A DNA stretch of 64,000 nucleotides from Actinomycetes bacterium (GTDB taxonomy: Bacteria; Actinomycetota; Actinomycetes; Nanopelagicales; Nanopelagicaceae). The stretch is taken from NCBI GenBank assembly GCA_037135095.1, contig JBAXKZ010000005.1, forward strand, positions 6,326-70,325, given 5' to 3'. This document shows positions 34,126 to 44,208 of this stretch, piece after piece. Under the pieces are notes generated by a model. It made no database searches and was not told where the DNA came from. It was given only the letters and a program-made list of their open reading frames with translations. Both the position numbers and the translations under genes were made by a program. Each line of letters begins with the position of its first letter. Positions within the stretch are counted from its first letter, which is position 1.

Positions 34126-35199
34126 ATGACCAAGCGACGTATTGCGCTTACTGCAGTTATTGCTGCTGCAGCTCTCGCACTAACAGGTTTCGCAAACACT
34201 TCTGCTAACGCAGCCGCAAAAGGCTTCGTCGGCGTAATCCTTCCTGATGCTGCATCATCAAACCGTTGGGAAACTGCAGATCGTCCCTTCTTGACCGCTG
34301 CTTTCAAAGCTGCTGGCGTAACCGCTGACATCCAGAATGCAAACGGCGATAAGACTGCTTTCCAGACAATTGCTGATCAAATGCTCACCAAGGGTGCAAA
34401 GGTTTTGATCATGGTGAACCTTGATTCTGCTTCTGCAAAGGCAGTACAGGACAAGGCAAAGGCTCAAGGCGTTCCAACAATCGACTATGACCGTCTAACA
34501 CTTAATGGTTCTGAGTCTTACTACGTCTCCTTCGACAACACTGCAGTTGGTGTTCTCCAAGGTACCGGAATTGTTAACTGCCTCAAGGCAGCTAAGAAGA
34601 CCAAGGCACGTATCGTCTACCTAAACGGTTCTCCAGACGATAACAACGCCACCTTGTTCAAGAAGGGCTATGACTCAGTCATCCGTCCATACATCACTTC
34701 AAAGGCATACACCCTCGTTGACGACACCGCCGTTCCTGGCTGGGACAACGTCAAGGGTGGAACCATCTTCGAGCAACAACTAACCAAGGCTGGCGGCAAG
34801 CTCGATGCAGTAGTTTCTGCAAACGAAGGCCTAGGACTTGCAGCAGTTGCAGTTCTTAAGAAGAACAAGCTAAACGGCAAGGTCTGCGTATCTGGACAAG
34901 ATGCAACAGTTGATGGTCTTCGTGCCATCTTGACAGGTGACCTTTCAAACACCGTTTACAAGGCCATCAAGGCTGAAGCTAACGGCGCTGCTGCTCTTGC
35001 AGTTGCTCTCCTAAACGGTAAGAAGGCTGCAACAGCAACCGGCGTTACCAACAACGGAACCGTTAACGTTCCTTCAGTACTTCTAAAGCCAGTCGGAATT
35101 ACCAAGGCAAATGTCAAGGTAGTTATCGCTGATGGTTTCCAGAAGCGTGCCGATGTCTGTAAGGGTATCGAAGCACTTTGCAAAGCTAACGGAATCTAA
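34126..35199 (+). CDS. xylF: sugar ABC transporter substrate-binding protein, D-xylose-binding-like
   Basis: Signal peptide, then a type I periplasmic-binding fold with YDR ... YVSFDN..VG.LQ as in XylF. Clustered with xylA. Confidence 0.8.
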   Translation: MTKRRIALTAVIAAAALALTGFANTSANAAAKGFVGVILPDAASSNRWETADRPFLTAAFKAAGVTADIQNANGDKTAFQTIADQMLTKGAKVLIMVNLDSASAKAVQDKAKAQGVPTIDYDRLTLNGSESYYVSFDNTAVGVLQGTGIVNCLKAAKKTKARIVYLNGSPDDNNATLFKKGYDSVIRPYITSKAYTLVDDTAVPGWDNVKGGTIFEQQLTKAGGKLDAVVSANEGLGLAAVAVLKKNKLNGKVCVSGQDATVDGLRAILTGDLSNTVYKAIKAEANGAAALAVALLNGKKAATATGVTNNGTVNVPSVLLKPVGITKANVKVVIADGFQKRADVCKGIEALCKANGI

Positions 35200-35228
35200 T
35201 AACTAGAAACCATTAGTTCGCATTATTG

Positions 35229-35271
35229 GTGGGCGTCCAGTCCGAGTAATCGAACTGGACGCCCACTTTTT
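35229..35271 (+). terminator. intra-operon intrinsic terminator/attenuator after the binding-protein gene
   Basis: 13-bp perfect stem GTGGGCGTCCAGT/ACTGGACGCCCAC with a 12-nt loop, followed by TTTTT. Confidence 0.7.
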
Positions 35272-35340
35272 CAATTCCCGCAACAATTAACATTGTTGAA
35301 GCCGTTATAGGGCTAGATTTACCTCACCGCCGCAGAATCA

Positions 35341-36129
35341 GTGCGATTAAACGAAGGGCAAAAAGTGGCACAGCCAATCCTTTCTCTACGTTCGATAAAT
35401 AAGTCATTCGGACCGGTCCACGTCTTACGCGATGTTCACCTTGATGTTTACCCAGGTGAAGTTACCGCGCTAGTTGGAGATAACGGCGCCGGCAAGAGCA
35501 CGCTAATCAAGTGCATTGCTGGTATTTACACCCCCGATAGCGGGGAATACATTTTTGATGGCAATCAGGTAACGGTTCACGGACCGCGCGATGCCACCGC
35601 GCTAGGAATTGAAGTTGTGTACCAAGATTTAGCGCTCTGCGACAACCTCGACATCGTTCACAACATGTTCTTGGGACGCGAGCAGAAGAAAGGCGTGGTT
35701 CTCGACGAATCCGCCATGGAGGTAATGGCACGCAAAACTCTTGATGGTCTAAGCGTTAGAACTGTTAAATCGATTCGCCAAACGGTTTCTTCACTATCAG
35801 GTGGCCAACGTCAGACTGTCGCAATTGCTCGTGCCGTGCTTTGGAATAACAAGGTGGTAATCCTTGATGAACCAACAGCCGCGCTTGGAGTTTCACAGAC
35901 CGAACAAGTACTTCATCTAGTTCGGCGGTTAGCCGACAGTGGAATCGGCGTCATTCTTATTAGTCACAACTTGAACGACGTTTTTGAAGTTGCCGACAAT
36001 ATCGCGGCGCTTTATTTGGGCCAGTTAGCGGCGCAAGTTCGCAAAGCCGATGTCACATCTAGCCAAGTTATTGAATTGATCACCACCGGCAAGTCAGCCG
36101 GAATCTCACCTGTAGGAGCGAACCAATGA
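35341..36129 (+). CDS. xylG: sugar ABC transporter ATP-binding protein (single cassette)
   Basis: Walker A GDNGAGKST, signature LSGGQRQTV, Walker B VILDEPTAALG. GTG start, with an alternative GTG at 35365. The symbol is inferred from context. Confidence 0.85.
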   Translation: MRLNEGQKVAQPILSLRSINKSFGPVHVLRDVHLDVYPGEVTALVGDNGAGKSTLIKCIAGIYTPDSGEYIFDGNQVTVHGPRDATALGIEVVYQDLALCDNLDIVHNMFLGREQKKGVVLDESAMEVMARKTLDGLSVRTVKSIRQTVSSLSGGQRQTVAIARAVLWNNKVVILDEPTAALGVSQTEQVLHLVRRLADSGIGVILISHNLNDVFEVADNIAALYLGQLAAQVRKADVTSSQVIELITTGKSAGISPVGANQ

Positions 36130-37349
36130 GCACTGAAACTGAAGTAGCAGCAAGCCCGCTAAAAGGCGCTGCCGGTGATTACTGGGCTCGAATTAAATCT
36201 GGTGACATCGGAGCACTGCCGGCGGTTCTCGGATTAGTAGTCCTCTGTGCCGTCTTTAGCATAATGCAATCGGCCTTCCTCACACCCGGAAACTTCGCGA
36301 ACCTTTTAACCCAAGCTGCTGCGGTCATTGTTATTGCAATGGGCTTGGTCTTCGTTCTTCTGCTTGGCGAGATCGATCTATCTGCGGGTTATGCCTCTGG
36401 TGTTTGTGGCGCAGTGCTTGTTATCTTGGTAACCAATCACAGCGTTGCATGGTGGATCGCACTTCCAGTTAGCATCTTGGCTGGCATTGCTTTGGGTCTG
36501 TTTATCGGCTGGCTTGTTGCATTCTTAGGAATTCCCTCCTTCGTTGTAACGCTTGCTACCTTCTTGGCCTTCCAAGGTTTGCTTCTTCTGCTAGCTGGTG
36601 AAGGCGGAACAATCCGCATGGAAGACCCAACTGTTCTTTCTATCGAGAACAGCAATATGACACCAGTAATCAGTTGGATTTTCTTCGCCGCCTGTGCCGG
36701 TCTTTATATTGCCAGTGGACTTCGCAGAGCAGCAGCGCGTCGTAAGGTCGGTCTAAAAGTTGAGCTCATGCAACTTTGGACCCTTAAGACCGTTGGCCTT
36801 TTGGGCATAATGGGAGTTGCGGTTTATGCGTTGAACTTAGAGCGCAGCAACAACCCGCAATTGGTCAGCCTCAAAGGAATTCCCTTCGTCGTTCCAGTGA
36901 TTCTCTTCTTACTTGTTATCGGAACCTTTGTATTGAACCGCACGGCATTTGGTCGCCACTTGTACGCAGTTGGTGGCAACGCTGAAGCTGCACGTCGTTC
37001 CGGTATCAACGTGAAATGGGTCAAGATCTCGGCTTTCGTAATCTGTTCTGGCATGTCGGCGATTGCCGGCTTGATCTTCGCCTCTCGCCAGAATTCGATC
37101 TCGCCTACAACAGGTGGAAGTTCAACACTTCTCTATGCCGTTGGCGCCGCAGTTATTGGTGGCACCAGCCTTTTTGGCGGCAAGGGAAAGATGCGCGATG
37201 CGATCTTGGGTGGCTTGGTTGTAGCTGTAATTGATAACGGAATGGGCTTGTTAGGTTACGCCGCCGGTATCAAGTACATCGTCACTGGCCTAGTCCTTCT
37301 CGTTTCAGCCAGTGTCGATGCAATCTCTCGTAAAGGTAGTGGGAGCTAA
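36126..37349 (+). CDS. xylH: sugar ABC transporter permease (XylH/branched-chain type)
   Basis: 407 aa, about 10-12 TM, with a [12 protein letters not shown] motif typical of monosaccharide ABC permeases. ATGA overlap with the ATPase gene. Confidence 0.85.
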   Translation: MSTETEVAASPLKGAAGDYWARIKSGDIGALPAVLGLVVLCAVFSIMQSAFLTPGNFANLLTQAAAVIVIAMGLVFVLLLGEIDLSAGYASGVCGAVLVILVTNHSVAWWIALPVSILAGIALGLFIGWLVAFLGIPSFVVTLATFLAFQGLLLLLAGEGGTIRMEDPTVLSIENSNMTPVISWIFFAACAGLYIASGLRRAAARRKVGLKVELMQLWTLKTVGLLGIMGVAVYALNLERSNNPQLVSLKGIPFVVPVILFLLVIGTFVLNRTAFGRHLYAVGGNAEAARRSGINVKWVKISAFVICSGMSAIAGLIFASRQNSISPTTGGSSTLLYAVGAAVIGGTSLFGGKGKMRDAILGGLVVAVIDNGMGLLGYAAGIKYIVTGLVLLVSASVDAISRKGSGS

Positions 37350-38503
37350 ATCCCCACACCCATCAGGTGCTCGAGCGCTAGTTGATCTAGCGCTTCGTAG
37401 CCATATCCGCGCTCGCCGGCTAGATCGACATCGAAGGATTCGTCTGCCAAATCTTTCCAGCTCTCCCCCGCTGCCATGGTTGGAATTTCTAGTTGATCGA
37501 TTCGTGAATCTTTCATCGAAGCTATAACTCGTGGATCGCTGCGGAAAGCCAGCGCCCGCTCCTTCAAAAGTAAATAGGTACGCATATTTGCGGTGGCTGA
37601 TGCCCAAACACCCTTGTCATCTTCGGTACGAGCTGGCTTGTAATCGAAGTGCTTAGGGCCGGCGTACTTATAACGTTCGAGCAGATCAACCAAGAAGAAG
37701 GCGGACTTTAGATCGCCATGACCAAAGACCAAATCTTGATCGTACTTTGGGCCATGCTGACCATTTAGATCGATATGGAATAACTTCTTGTGAAATAGCG
37801 CCTGGGCAATTCCGTGAACGAAGTTAAGGCCAGCCATTTGTTCGTGGCCAACTTCTGGATTTACGCCCACCATTTCTGGGTGAGCTAGCGAATTAATAAA
37901 GGCGAGCGCATGACCGATGGTTGGCAAGAAGATATCGCCCCGTGGCTCATTTGGCTTTGGCTCGATTGCAAATTTAATGTCATAACCCTTATCGATTACA
38001 TACTGTCCAAGCACATTGAAACCTTCGCGATAGCGCTCTAGCGCCACATAGGCATCCTTCGCGCCATCAGATTCGGCACCTTCGCGCCCACCCCAACAAA
38101 CATAAATCTGAGCCCCCAGTTCGGCGGCCAGGTCGATGTTTCGCATCACCTTGCGAAGCGCGAAGCGACGGATATCGCGATCATTTGAAGTCAGTGCCCC
38201 GTCCTTAAATACTGGATGAGAGAAAAGGTTGGTTGTGGCCATTGGAATCTTCATGCCGGTTTCAGCCAGCGCCTTCTTAAAACGAGCGATATGCCCAGCC
38301 CGCGCTGTTTCGTCGGAGCCAAATGGAATCAGGTCATCGTCATGAAAGGTCACGCCATATGCCCCGCGAGCTGCTAGCTCATTAACGCTGCGAACCGGGT
38401 CCAGCGGGCCACGAGTGGCATCGCCGAAGGGATCTCGGGCTTGCCAGCCAACGGTCCAGAGACCGAAGGTAAATTTATCTGCTGGGGTGGGATTTAGTGA
38501 CAT
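37346..38503 (-). CDS. xylA: xylose isomerase (class I, actinobacterial type)
   Basis: 385 aa. [32 protein letters not shown] and [14 protein letters not shown] motifs. Confidence 0.95.
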   Translation of the reverse strand: MSLNPTPADKFTFGLWTVGWQARDPFGDATRGPLDPVRSVNELAARGAYGVTFHDDDLIPFGSDETARAGHIARFKKALAETGMKIPMATTNLFSHPVFKDGALTSNDRDIRRFALRKVMRNIDLAAELGAQIYVCWGGREGAESDGAKDAYVALERYREGFNVLGQYVIDKGYDIKFAIEPKPNEPRGDIFLPTIGHALAFINSLAHPEMVGVNPEVGHEQMAGLNFVHGIAQALFHKKLFHIDLNGQHGPKYDQDLVFGHGDLKSAFFLVDLLERYKYAGPKHFDYKPARTEDDKGVWASATANMRTYLLLKERALAFRSDPRVIASMKDSRIDQLEIPTMAAGESWKDLADESFDVDLAGERGYGYEALDQLALEHLMGVGI

Positions 38504-38593
38504 CTTTCAGGCTCCTTGAATCGCAATATCGGGTGAATCTCAAACTCTCATTTGGAGTAGAACGGAACTTACCTTAGCCTTCTCCTATCTCCA

Positions 38594-38674
38594 GCGGGAG
38601 TGGTGAAATGGCAGACACGCAGGTCTTAGGAACCTGTGTCTTCGGACGTGCGGGTTCAAGTCCCGCCTCCCGCA
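38594..38674 (+). tRNA. tRNA-Leu (anticodon UAG), CCA not encoded
   Basis: Cloverleaf drawn by hand: acceptor GCGGGAG/CTCCCGC, D stem GTG/CAC, anticodon stem CAGGT/ACCTG with loop CTTAGGA, 13-nt variable arm, T stem GCGGG/CCCGC with loop TTCAAGT, discriminator A. Confidence 0.9.
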
Positions 38675-38676
38675 CA

Positions 38677-39240
38677 ATGCTCAAAATTAAGGTTGCCACT
38701 CGGGCCCTCACTGCCTCAATCCTGGCCTCAATCCTGGCCACAATCTTGCTCGGCGGTGTGCTTTTTCATGCGCCAGTTGCAACCGCTATGGGAAGCGGCG
38801 ACAAATACTCGGATCTGCAAACGGGTGTTACCTACGTTCTCTATAAACCATCCAATACCTTGAAATTGAAAGCCCTGAATTTTGAAGTTCGTGCCTGTCG
38901 ATTGCATCCTGGCAAGGAGCAATACCTGCTTGCTGGCTTTGGTGGAATGGATCAAGGAATCGCCCTGGTTGAGACGGCCGCTGCTTACAATTGCACCGGA
39001 ATCGACCACCCGAAATCTCTCGGAACTGTTTACATAAACGGTATCAAGGCAAAGCTTGGAATTTACTGCTCCGGCGTTAATTGCACCGCGTCTAAATTCT
39101 CAAAGTACGGCGGCGAAATCACCTTCATCGCACCGGCAACTAAATTATTAAAGGCAACCTATATCCGAGTCGGTACTCAAGGCGGTTTTACCCAAACCCA
39201 ATTAATTGCTTTCGCTAGGGGATTGAAACCTCTTGCTTAG
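38677..39240 (+). CDS. secreted protein of unknown function
   Basis: From ATG 38677: signal peptide MLKIKVATRALTASILASILATILLGGVLFHAPVATA, then a Cys-containing domain. The track ORF start at 38608 lies inside the tRNA and was rejected. Confidence 0.5.
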   Translation: MLKIKVATRALTASILASILATILLGGVLFHAPVATAMGSGDKYSDLQTGVTYVLYKPSNTLKLKALNFEVRACRLHPGKEQYLLAGFGGMDQGIALVETAAAYNCTGIDHPKSLGTVYINGIKAKLGIYCSGVNCTASKFSKYGGEITFIAPATKLLKATYIRVGTQGGFTQTQLIAFARGLKPLA

Positions 39241-39283
39241 TTTTATCTCATCAAGAAGCACGATCGAGCAATAAACTCCCGAC

Positions 39284-39619
39284 ATGGCAAAACCATCACC
39301 GGCGAAGGTAAAGATGCTGGCATCTCAAGCAAAAAAAGCAGCTGCCGCTAATCGGGCTGAAAAGAAAGCGATACTTGAAGCAACGGAAAAATCCACAGTC
39401 GCCCCGCAAGATGACTACTTCGAACAAGATGGCAATTGGCGGGAAATTGGATTAGCAGCACCAGCCAGGCGCGCATTAATCGATGAGGGCTTCTATCAAT
39501 TGAGCGATTTACGTAAAGTTTCCTTAGCCGCCATAAGAGAACTTCATGGCATGGGGCCAAATGCCATTCGGGTCTTGGTCGCTGAAATGAAAAAACAGGA
39601 TCTATCTTTTCGAAGTTAA
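39284..39619 (+). CDS. small hypothetical protein with a helix-hairpin-helix-like C-terminus
   Basis: 111 aa. Basic N-terminus, and LSDLRKVSLAAIRELHGMGPNAIRVL resembles an HhH DNA-binding motif. Weak assignment. Confidence 0.4.
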   Translation: MAKPSPAKVKMLASQAKKAAAANRAEKKAILEATEKSTVAPQDDYFEQDGNWREIGLAAPARRALIDEGFYQLSDLRKVSLAAIRELHGMGPNAIRVLVAEMKKQDLSFRS

Positions 39620-39647
39620 AGCAAGAAAAGTTAGCCCCTACAAATAG

Positions 39648-40967
39648 CTATTTGTGAGCTGCCGCGAATCCCAACAAAAGGTCGCGCTTGATATCCGAGA
39701 TATATTCCAATCCGATGCTGAGCCGAACCATTCCCGGCGTAATCCCAGCAGCGATTTGTTCTTCCGGATTGAGTTGCGAATGGGTGGTCGAAGCAGGATG
39801 AATCACCAAGGAACGAACGTCGCCGATATTTGCCACATGGCTGAAGAGTTCTAGCCCTTCAACAAATTTCTGACCAGCCGCAGAGCCGCCCGAAATTTCA
39901 AATGACATAACTGCACCCGCGCCCTTTGGCGCATATTTCAGCGCCTGGGCATGCCACTTCGATGACGGCAATCCAGCGTAGGAGACATGGTCAACGCCCG
40001 GTTGAACTTCAAGCCACTCGGCAATCGCTTGGGCATTTTCTATATGTCGTTGCATACGAAGGCTAAGTGTTTCTAAACCTTGAGCAAGCAGCCAAGCATT
40101 AAATGGCGAGACCGAGGCACCGATATCGCGCAAAAGTTGTAGCCGGGCTTTAAATATATAGGCCAAGTTTGCCCCAAAGCTTGAACCAACGCCGAGGGTT
40201 TTTGCATAGACCAAGCCGTTGTAACTTGGATCAGGTTCATTAAAGCCTGGAAACTTTGCGGGATTTGCCGCGAAATCAAAGTTGCCTGAATCTACGATGG
40301 CACCGACCATTGCGCTGCCGTGACCTGATAGAAACTTAGTAGCCGAATGTGTGACGATGTCGGCACCGTATTCGATTGGCTTGGTTATATATGGCGTTGC
40401 AATTGTGTTATCAACGATCCATGGAACGCCAGCTTCGTGGGCAATCTTTCCGATGCCTTCGATATCCAGCACAGCACCGAGTGGATTAGAAATTCCTTCG
40501 CCAAAGAAAGCTTTGGTATTTGGACGAACCGCTGCTCGCCAAGCGTCAAGATTGCTGGCATCCTCGACAAAGGTAAATCGCAACCCAAACTTAGGAAGGG
40601 TGTAATTAAATAGGTTATACGTTCCGCCGTAAACATTGCGGCTAACGACGACATGGTCACCGGCTTCGGCAACATTCATGATCGCATAAGCAGTTGCCGC
40701 CATTCCAGTCGCAACTAATAACGAAGCGACGCCACCTTCAAGAACGGTCAGTCGCTGTTCGACCGCATCCTGCGTTGGATTGTTAATGCGTGTGTAGACA
40801 TTTCCCGCTTCAGCTATTCCGAAAAGATTTGCGGCGTGTTGAGTGTCTCGAAATTGATAGGCAGTGGTTTGGTAAATCGGAAGAGATCGCGAACCAGTTA
40901 CTGGATCGGCAGTCTGCCCGGAATGAATTTGCTGGGTATCGAAGGACCAATCTTCTCTATTAACCAT
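39648..40967 (-). CDS. metY: O-acetylhomoserine/O-acetylserine sulfhydrylase
   Basis: Cys/Met-metabolism PLP enzyme with the PLP-lysine motif HSATKFLSGHG and C-terminal RLSIGLE. Start set at ATG 40967. Confidence 0.9.
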   Translation of the reverse strand: MVNREDWSFDTQQIHSGQTADPVTGSRSLPIYQTTAYQFRDTQHAANLFGIAEAGNVYTRINNPTQDAVEQRLTVLEGGVASLLVATGMAATAYAIMNVAEAGDHVVVSRNVYGGTYNLFNYTLPKFGLRFTFVEDASNLDAWRAAVRPNTKAFFGEGISNPLGAVLDIEGIGKIAHEAGVPWIVDNTIATPYITKPIEYGADIVTHSATKFLSGHGSAMVGAIVDSGNFDFAANPAKFPGFNEPDPSYNGLVYAKTLGVGSSFGANLAYIFKARLQLLRDIGASVSPFNAWLLAQGLETLSLRMQRHIENAQAIAEWLEVQPGVDHVSYAGLPSSKWHAQALKYAPKGAGAVMSFEISGGSAAGQKFVEGLELFSHVANIGDVRSLVIHPASTTHSQLNPEEQIAAGITPGMVRLSIGLEYISDIKRDLLLGFAAAHK

Positions 40968-41059
40968 GCCTGCAACTCTTTCGCACCTGCAACTCAAATT
41001 CAATAGCGCCGGAGCAATTTAAGGATTTGGGTGGAATAGAGCGAAACCGAAGTCGCTCG

Positions 41060-41503
41060 TTATTTTGTCGAGGCGGCAATCCCCGACTTGACTAGAGCGG
41101 CCGAGAATTTAGACCTGGCATCGGTTACGGCTGATTGAAAAATCCCAGTTGCTGTGATTAGCGAGCTTCTAAATTGAGTTCGCGCAGCTGCAATGGCTTT
41201 TTTATCAGTACCTGCAGAGAGAATAGCCTGATCGCGATTTGCCTTTGCATCGGCGACCATCAAGCCAAAAGCGGATTTAGCAGCAAGGAGCTCAGAGGCT
41301 AAAGACTTTTTAGCTGCCGCCAGAGCGAGCTTCTGATCTGGCGTTAAACCAGAATAATGGGTCCCAGAAATTTTGCTCCCGGGCGATTGGCTAGGACTTG
41401 CAAATGAAGTTGGAGCTGCTAACGCAATAGAACTTACACCGATACTTGAAAATGAAAGCGCGAAAGCGACTACTAGAGCCAGCCGTGCGCTTCGCTCATT
41501 CAT
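41060..41503 (-). CDS. secreted Ala/Lys-rich helical protein (hypothetical)
   Basis: Signal peptide (LALVVAFALSFSSIGVSSIALA-AP) followed by a low-complexity helical sequence. Confidence 0.45.
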   Translation of the reverse strand: MNERSARLALVVAFALSFSSIGVSSIALAAPTSFASPSQSPGSKISGTHYSGLTPDQKLALAAAKKSLASELLAAKSAFGLMVADAKANRDQAILSAGTDKKAIAAARTQFRSSLITATGIFQSAVTDARSKFSAALVKSGIAASTK

Positions 41504-41606
41504 TTTTACCCGGTTTTTCTCGCGATGCCTTCGAACAAGGAAATGACAGAATTTTCGCAGAATCAGTATCCCACTTTTTGAAGTTAACCCCTATACCCTC
41601 GCCTTC

Positions 41607-42608
41607 ATGAAAGTGAGAGAGCTTCGTGTGAACCTGCTGAATAGCGGGGTCCTCGCTTTTTTGGCAACGCTGGTAGTGGTGCTTGCCACGCCGGCGCTGC
41701 ACTCGCCTGCCGCAGCCGTCACTGCAAAGATTGACCTTGGAAAACTGGTCGAACTGCGAATTCCAAGCCCGGAAGCGGATTATCCAATTCGAAGCGTTTT
41801 TGTTTGGACACCCGCACTTTTAAATGTAAACCCAAATTCACTCCCTGTCGTTTACATGCTGCATGGTTGGTCTGGTTCTCCCGCTGGAATCATCAGCGCT
41901 GTTCAAAAGCCCCTTGCGCAAGCTTTCGCAAATGGTGCGAAACCATTCATTGCCGTTTTCCCCGACGGGAATGCGAAGACGCACCCGGATTCAGAGTGGG
42001 CGGATTCATCCGATAAGAAAGCAATGGTTGAAACTTGGTTAACCACCAAAGTAATTCCGAAAGTTGAATCGGGACGAATTAGAAGTGCCAGCGAACGAGC
42101 AATTATGGGATTTTCTATGGGAGGGTACGGTGCTGCGATAATTGCACTGCATCATCCCGATTTATTTAGCCAGATAGTTTCGATCTCGGGATATTTTGTA
42201 ACTGATGACTTGACCGAAGCTTTTGCTAGCACTGCAAAAGTCGCCTACCAATCTCCAGCAAACTATTTAAAAAGAGCTCCGAGCTTTCGTTGGTATCTGG
42301 CGGAAGGAAAGGAGGACTACACCGTTCCGATTCGGGGCCAAGCTGCAAGTTGGAGCAAGAAATTGGCAAGCGTCAAAGCCAGTGTGTCGTTAACCATGGC
42401 AGCCGGAGGGCATAGTTTCGTAGTTGTAAGCAATCAAATGGTTCCAATGACCAAATGGTTGAAATGGCTGAAGGTTACTTCGCCAACGCCGATTCCGAAC
42501 CCGACTTCATCTGCGAATCCGACGCCGAGCCCCTCGTCGTCAAGCGCGCAACCGATTCCTTCTCCGTCGCTACTTGCTCCTGGTATTCCGCAATCGACTT
42601 CTTCTTAG
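41607..42608 (+). CDS. secreted esterase-family alpha/beta hydrolase with a Pro/Ser/Thr-rich tail
   Basis: N-terminal signal/TM segment, GFSMGGYGA nucleophile elbow, esterase-D-like layout. The last ~45 codons are antisense to the glpD 3' end. Confidence 0.68.
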   Translation: MKVRELRVNLLNSGVLAFLATLVVVLATPALHSPAAAVTAKIDLGKLVELRIPSPEADYPIRSVFVWTPALLNVNPNSLPVVYMLHGWSGSPAGIISAVQKPLAQAFANGAKPFIAVFPDGNAKTHPDSEWADSSDKKAMVETWLTTKVIPKVESGRIRSASERAIMGFSMGGYGAAIIALHHPDLFSQIVSISGYFVTDDLTEAFASTAKVAYQSPANYLKRAPSFRWYLAEGKEDYTVPIRGQAASWSKKLASVKASVSLTMAAGGHSFVVVSNQMVPMTKWLKWLKVTSPTPIPNPTSSANPTPSPSSSSAQPIPSPSLLAPGIPQSTSS

Positions 42609-44190
42609 CTGCTGCACTCCAACCTAAGATTGGAGCGATTATCTTTGCAACATCTGCAGCAACGGAAAGGCCATGATCGGCAGTCTCGAATGAAATCCTG
42701 GTGCGACGCGCTATTACATCGGCCACGCTCAAGGCGCCTTCATGCGAGGCGGCGAAATGAATTTCGGCTCGGAGGTAGGGCAACTCATTGTTTAGCGGTT
42801 CGCGCAAACTTGGGTCGGCAACCATCAACTCTTCAAGCTCAGAGATTTCAGAGCCATAGCGATCGAGTAGGTGAATTACTTGGGCTTTGGTTAACTTCAT
42901 CTCTGCGGCAATTAAGTCAGCCCGATTTACTAAGGTTTGATAGCCAGTAGCACCAAGGATTGGAAGTTCTTTTGTTACAGAGTCGGGAACGATTCGGCGC
43001 AAGTCAGGTGCGGCATGATCCACGGCATCTTCAGCCATGACTCGGTAGGTGGTGTACTTGCCACCAGCGATGCTGACAAAACCTTGAACTGGGTGATCGA
43101 CTATATGCTCGCGGGAAAGTTTCGTTGTTGATGAAATGCTATTTTTTGAAACCAGCGGGCGAAGACCGGCGTAAACCCCAAGAACATCACTTGGTTTCAA
43201 CATTGGATTCAAGACCTTATTTGCTTGCGCCAAGATGTAATCCACATCTTCTCTGGTTGCCAACGGTTGATTGCGATCGCCAGTGAATTCCGTATCAGTA
43301 GTTCCGACGATCCACTTATCTCCCCAAGGGATAATAAATAGAACGGAGACTGCTGTTTTTAAAATGATTCCGGATTTTGATTTGATCGCTGATTTTGGAA
43401 CAACAATATGAGTTCCCTTTGACATCCGGACTTGATAACCGGGAGTAATACCAAATTTTTCGTGAAGTAAATCGCTCCAGACTCCGCCTGCCATAATTGT
43501 CACCGCGGCAGAGACATCGATTGTTTCGCCAGTGGTTCGATCTAAAACTTTGGCGCCGATGACGCGTTTACCAAGTCGGAGCAAACTTTCGACTCGAGCT
43601 TGGGTAACAATGGTGGCACCGTATTCGGCAGCGGTTCGGGCAATCATCATCGTATGGCGAGCATCATCAACTTGGGCATCAAAATATTGGATGCCGCCAG
43701 TAACGATATCCAATCGAAGCGCCGGTGCTACTTCGTGAATCCCTTTTTGGCTCATGTGTTTGTGATTTGGGAGCGCACGTTGAAATCCGCGCAGCGCATC
43801 GTAAAGAGCTAATCCAGCACCTACATAAGTACGCTCTTTTACTTTCTCGTGAAGTGGATACAGGAATGCAACTGGCTTAACCAAATGCGGAGCTTGCGTA
43901 GTCACCATTAATTCGCGCTCTTGCAGTGCTTCGCGCACTAATTTGAAATCGTATTGCTCTAAATATCGAAGGCCACCGTGAATTAATTTGCTGGAGCGCG
44001 ATGAAGTTCCAGAAGCCAAGTCGCTTGATTCGACCAGTGCGACCTTCAAACCGCGTGAGGCGGCATCAAGCGCGATTCCAGAGCCCGTGACTCCGCCACC
44101 GATCACTAAAACATCAAATTTTTCACCTTTTAACGCTGCAATCGCGACGCCTCTTTGGGCGGGGTTAAGTGCTGACTTCGCTGTGGTCAT
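42475..44190 (-). CDS. glpD: FAD-dependent glycerol-3-phosphate dehydrogenase
   Basis: FAD motif [22 protein letters not shown], plus [11 protein letters not shown]. 571 aa. Confidence 0.93.
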   Translation of the reverse strand: MTTAKSALNPAQRGVAIAALKGEKFDVLVIGGGVTGSGIALDAASRGLKVALVESSDLASGTSSRSSKLIHGGLRYLEQYDFKLVREALQERELMVTTQAPHLVKPVAFLYPLHEKVKERTYVGAGLALYDALRGFQRALPNHKHMSQKGIHEVAPALRLDIVTGGIQYFDAQVDDARHTMMIARTAAEYGATIVTQARVESLLRLGKRVIGAKVLDRTTGETIDVSAAVTIMAGGVWSDLLHEKFGITPGYQVRMSKGTHIVVPKSAIKSKSGIILKTAVSVLFIIPWGDKWIVGTTDTEFTGDRNQPLATREDVDYILAQANKVLNPMLKPSDVLGVYAGLRPLVSKNSISSTTKLSREHIVDHPVQGFVSIAGGKYTTYRVMAEDAVDHAAPDLRRIVPDSVTKELPILGATGYQTLVNRADLIAAEMKLTKAQVIHLLDRYGSEISELEELMVADPSLREPLNNELPYLRAEIHFAASHEGALSVADVIARRTRISFETADHGLSVAADVAKIIAPILGWSAAAKKKSIAEYQEQVATEKESVARLTTRGSASDSQMKSGSESALAK

Positions 44191-44208
44191 GCTCTTAGGA
44201 TACGGGTT

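Noticed and set aside
34038-34331. 97-aa minus-strand ORF across the xylF start and leader
   Set aside because: It overlaps the well-supported xylF signal peptide in antisense and spans the inverted-repeat region, and it has no recognisable features.
38608-38676. Upstream start of the secreted-protein ORF
   Set aside because: These codons lie entirely inside the tRNA-Leu gene. The signal peptide begins at ATG 38677.
39640-39656. Palindrome ACAAATA-GC-TATTTGT at the metY stop as a bidirectional terminator
   Set aside because: It is AT-rich with an effective 6-bp stem, has no flanking T-run, and includes the stop codon itself. That is too weak to call.
41039-41058. Hairpin GAGCGA-N8-TCGCTC after the 41060-41503 gene, and a possible SAM riboswitch in the metY leader (40968-41059)
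   Set aside because: The hairpin lacks a U-tract, so it is at best a weak terminator. The 92-nt leader does not match the SAM-IV, SAM-II or SAM-V consensus as far as I can recall. Only a duplicated AGTTGCAGG was seen, which is not enough to call an RNA element.
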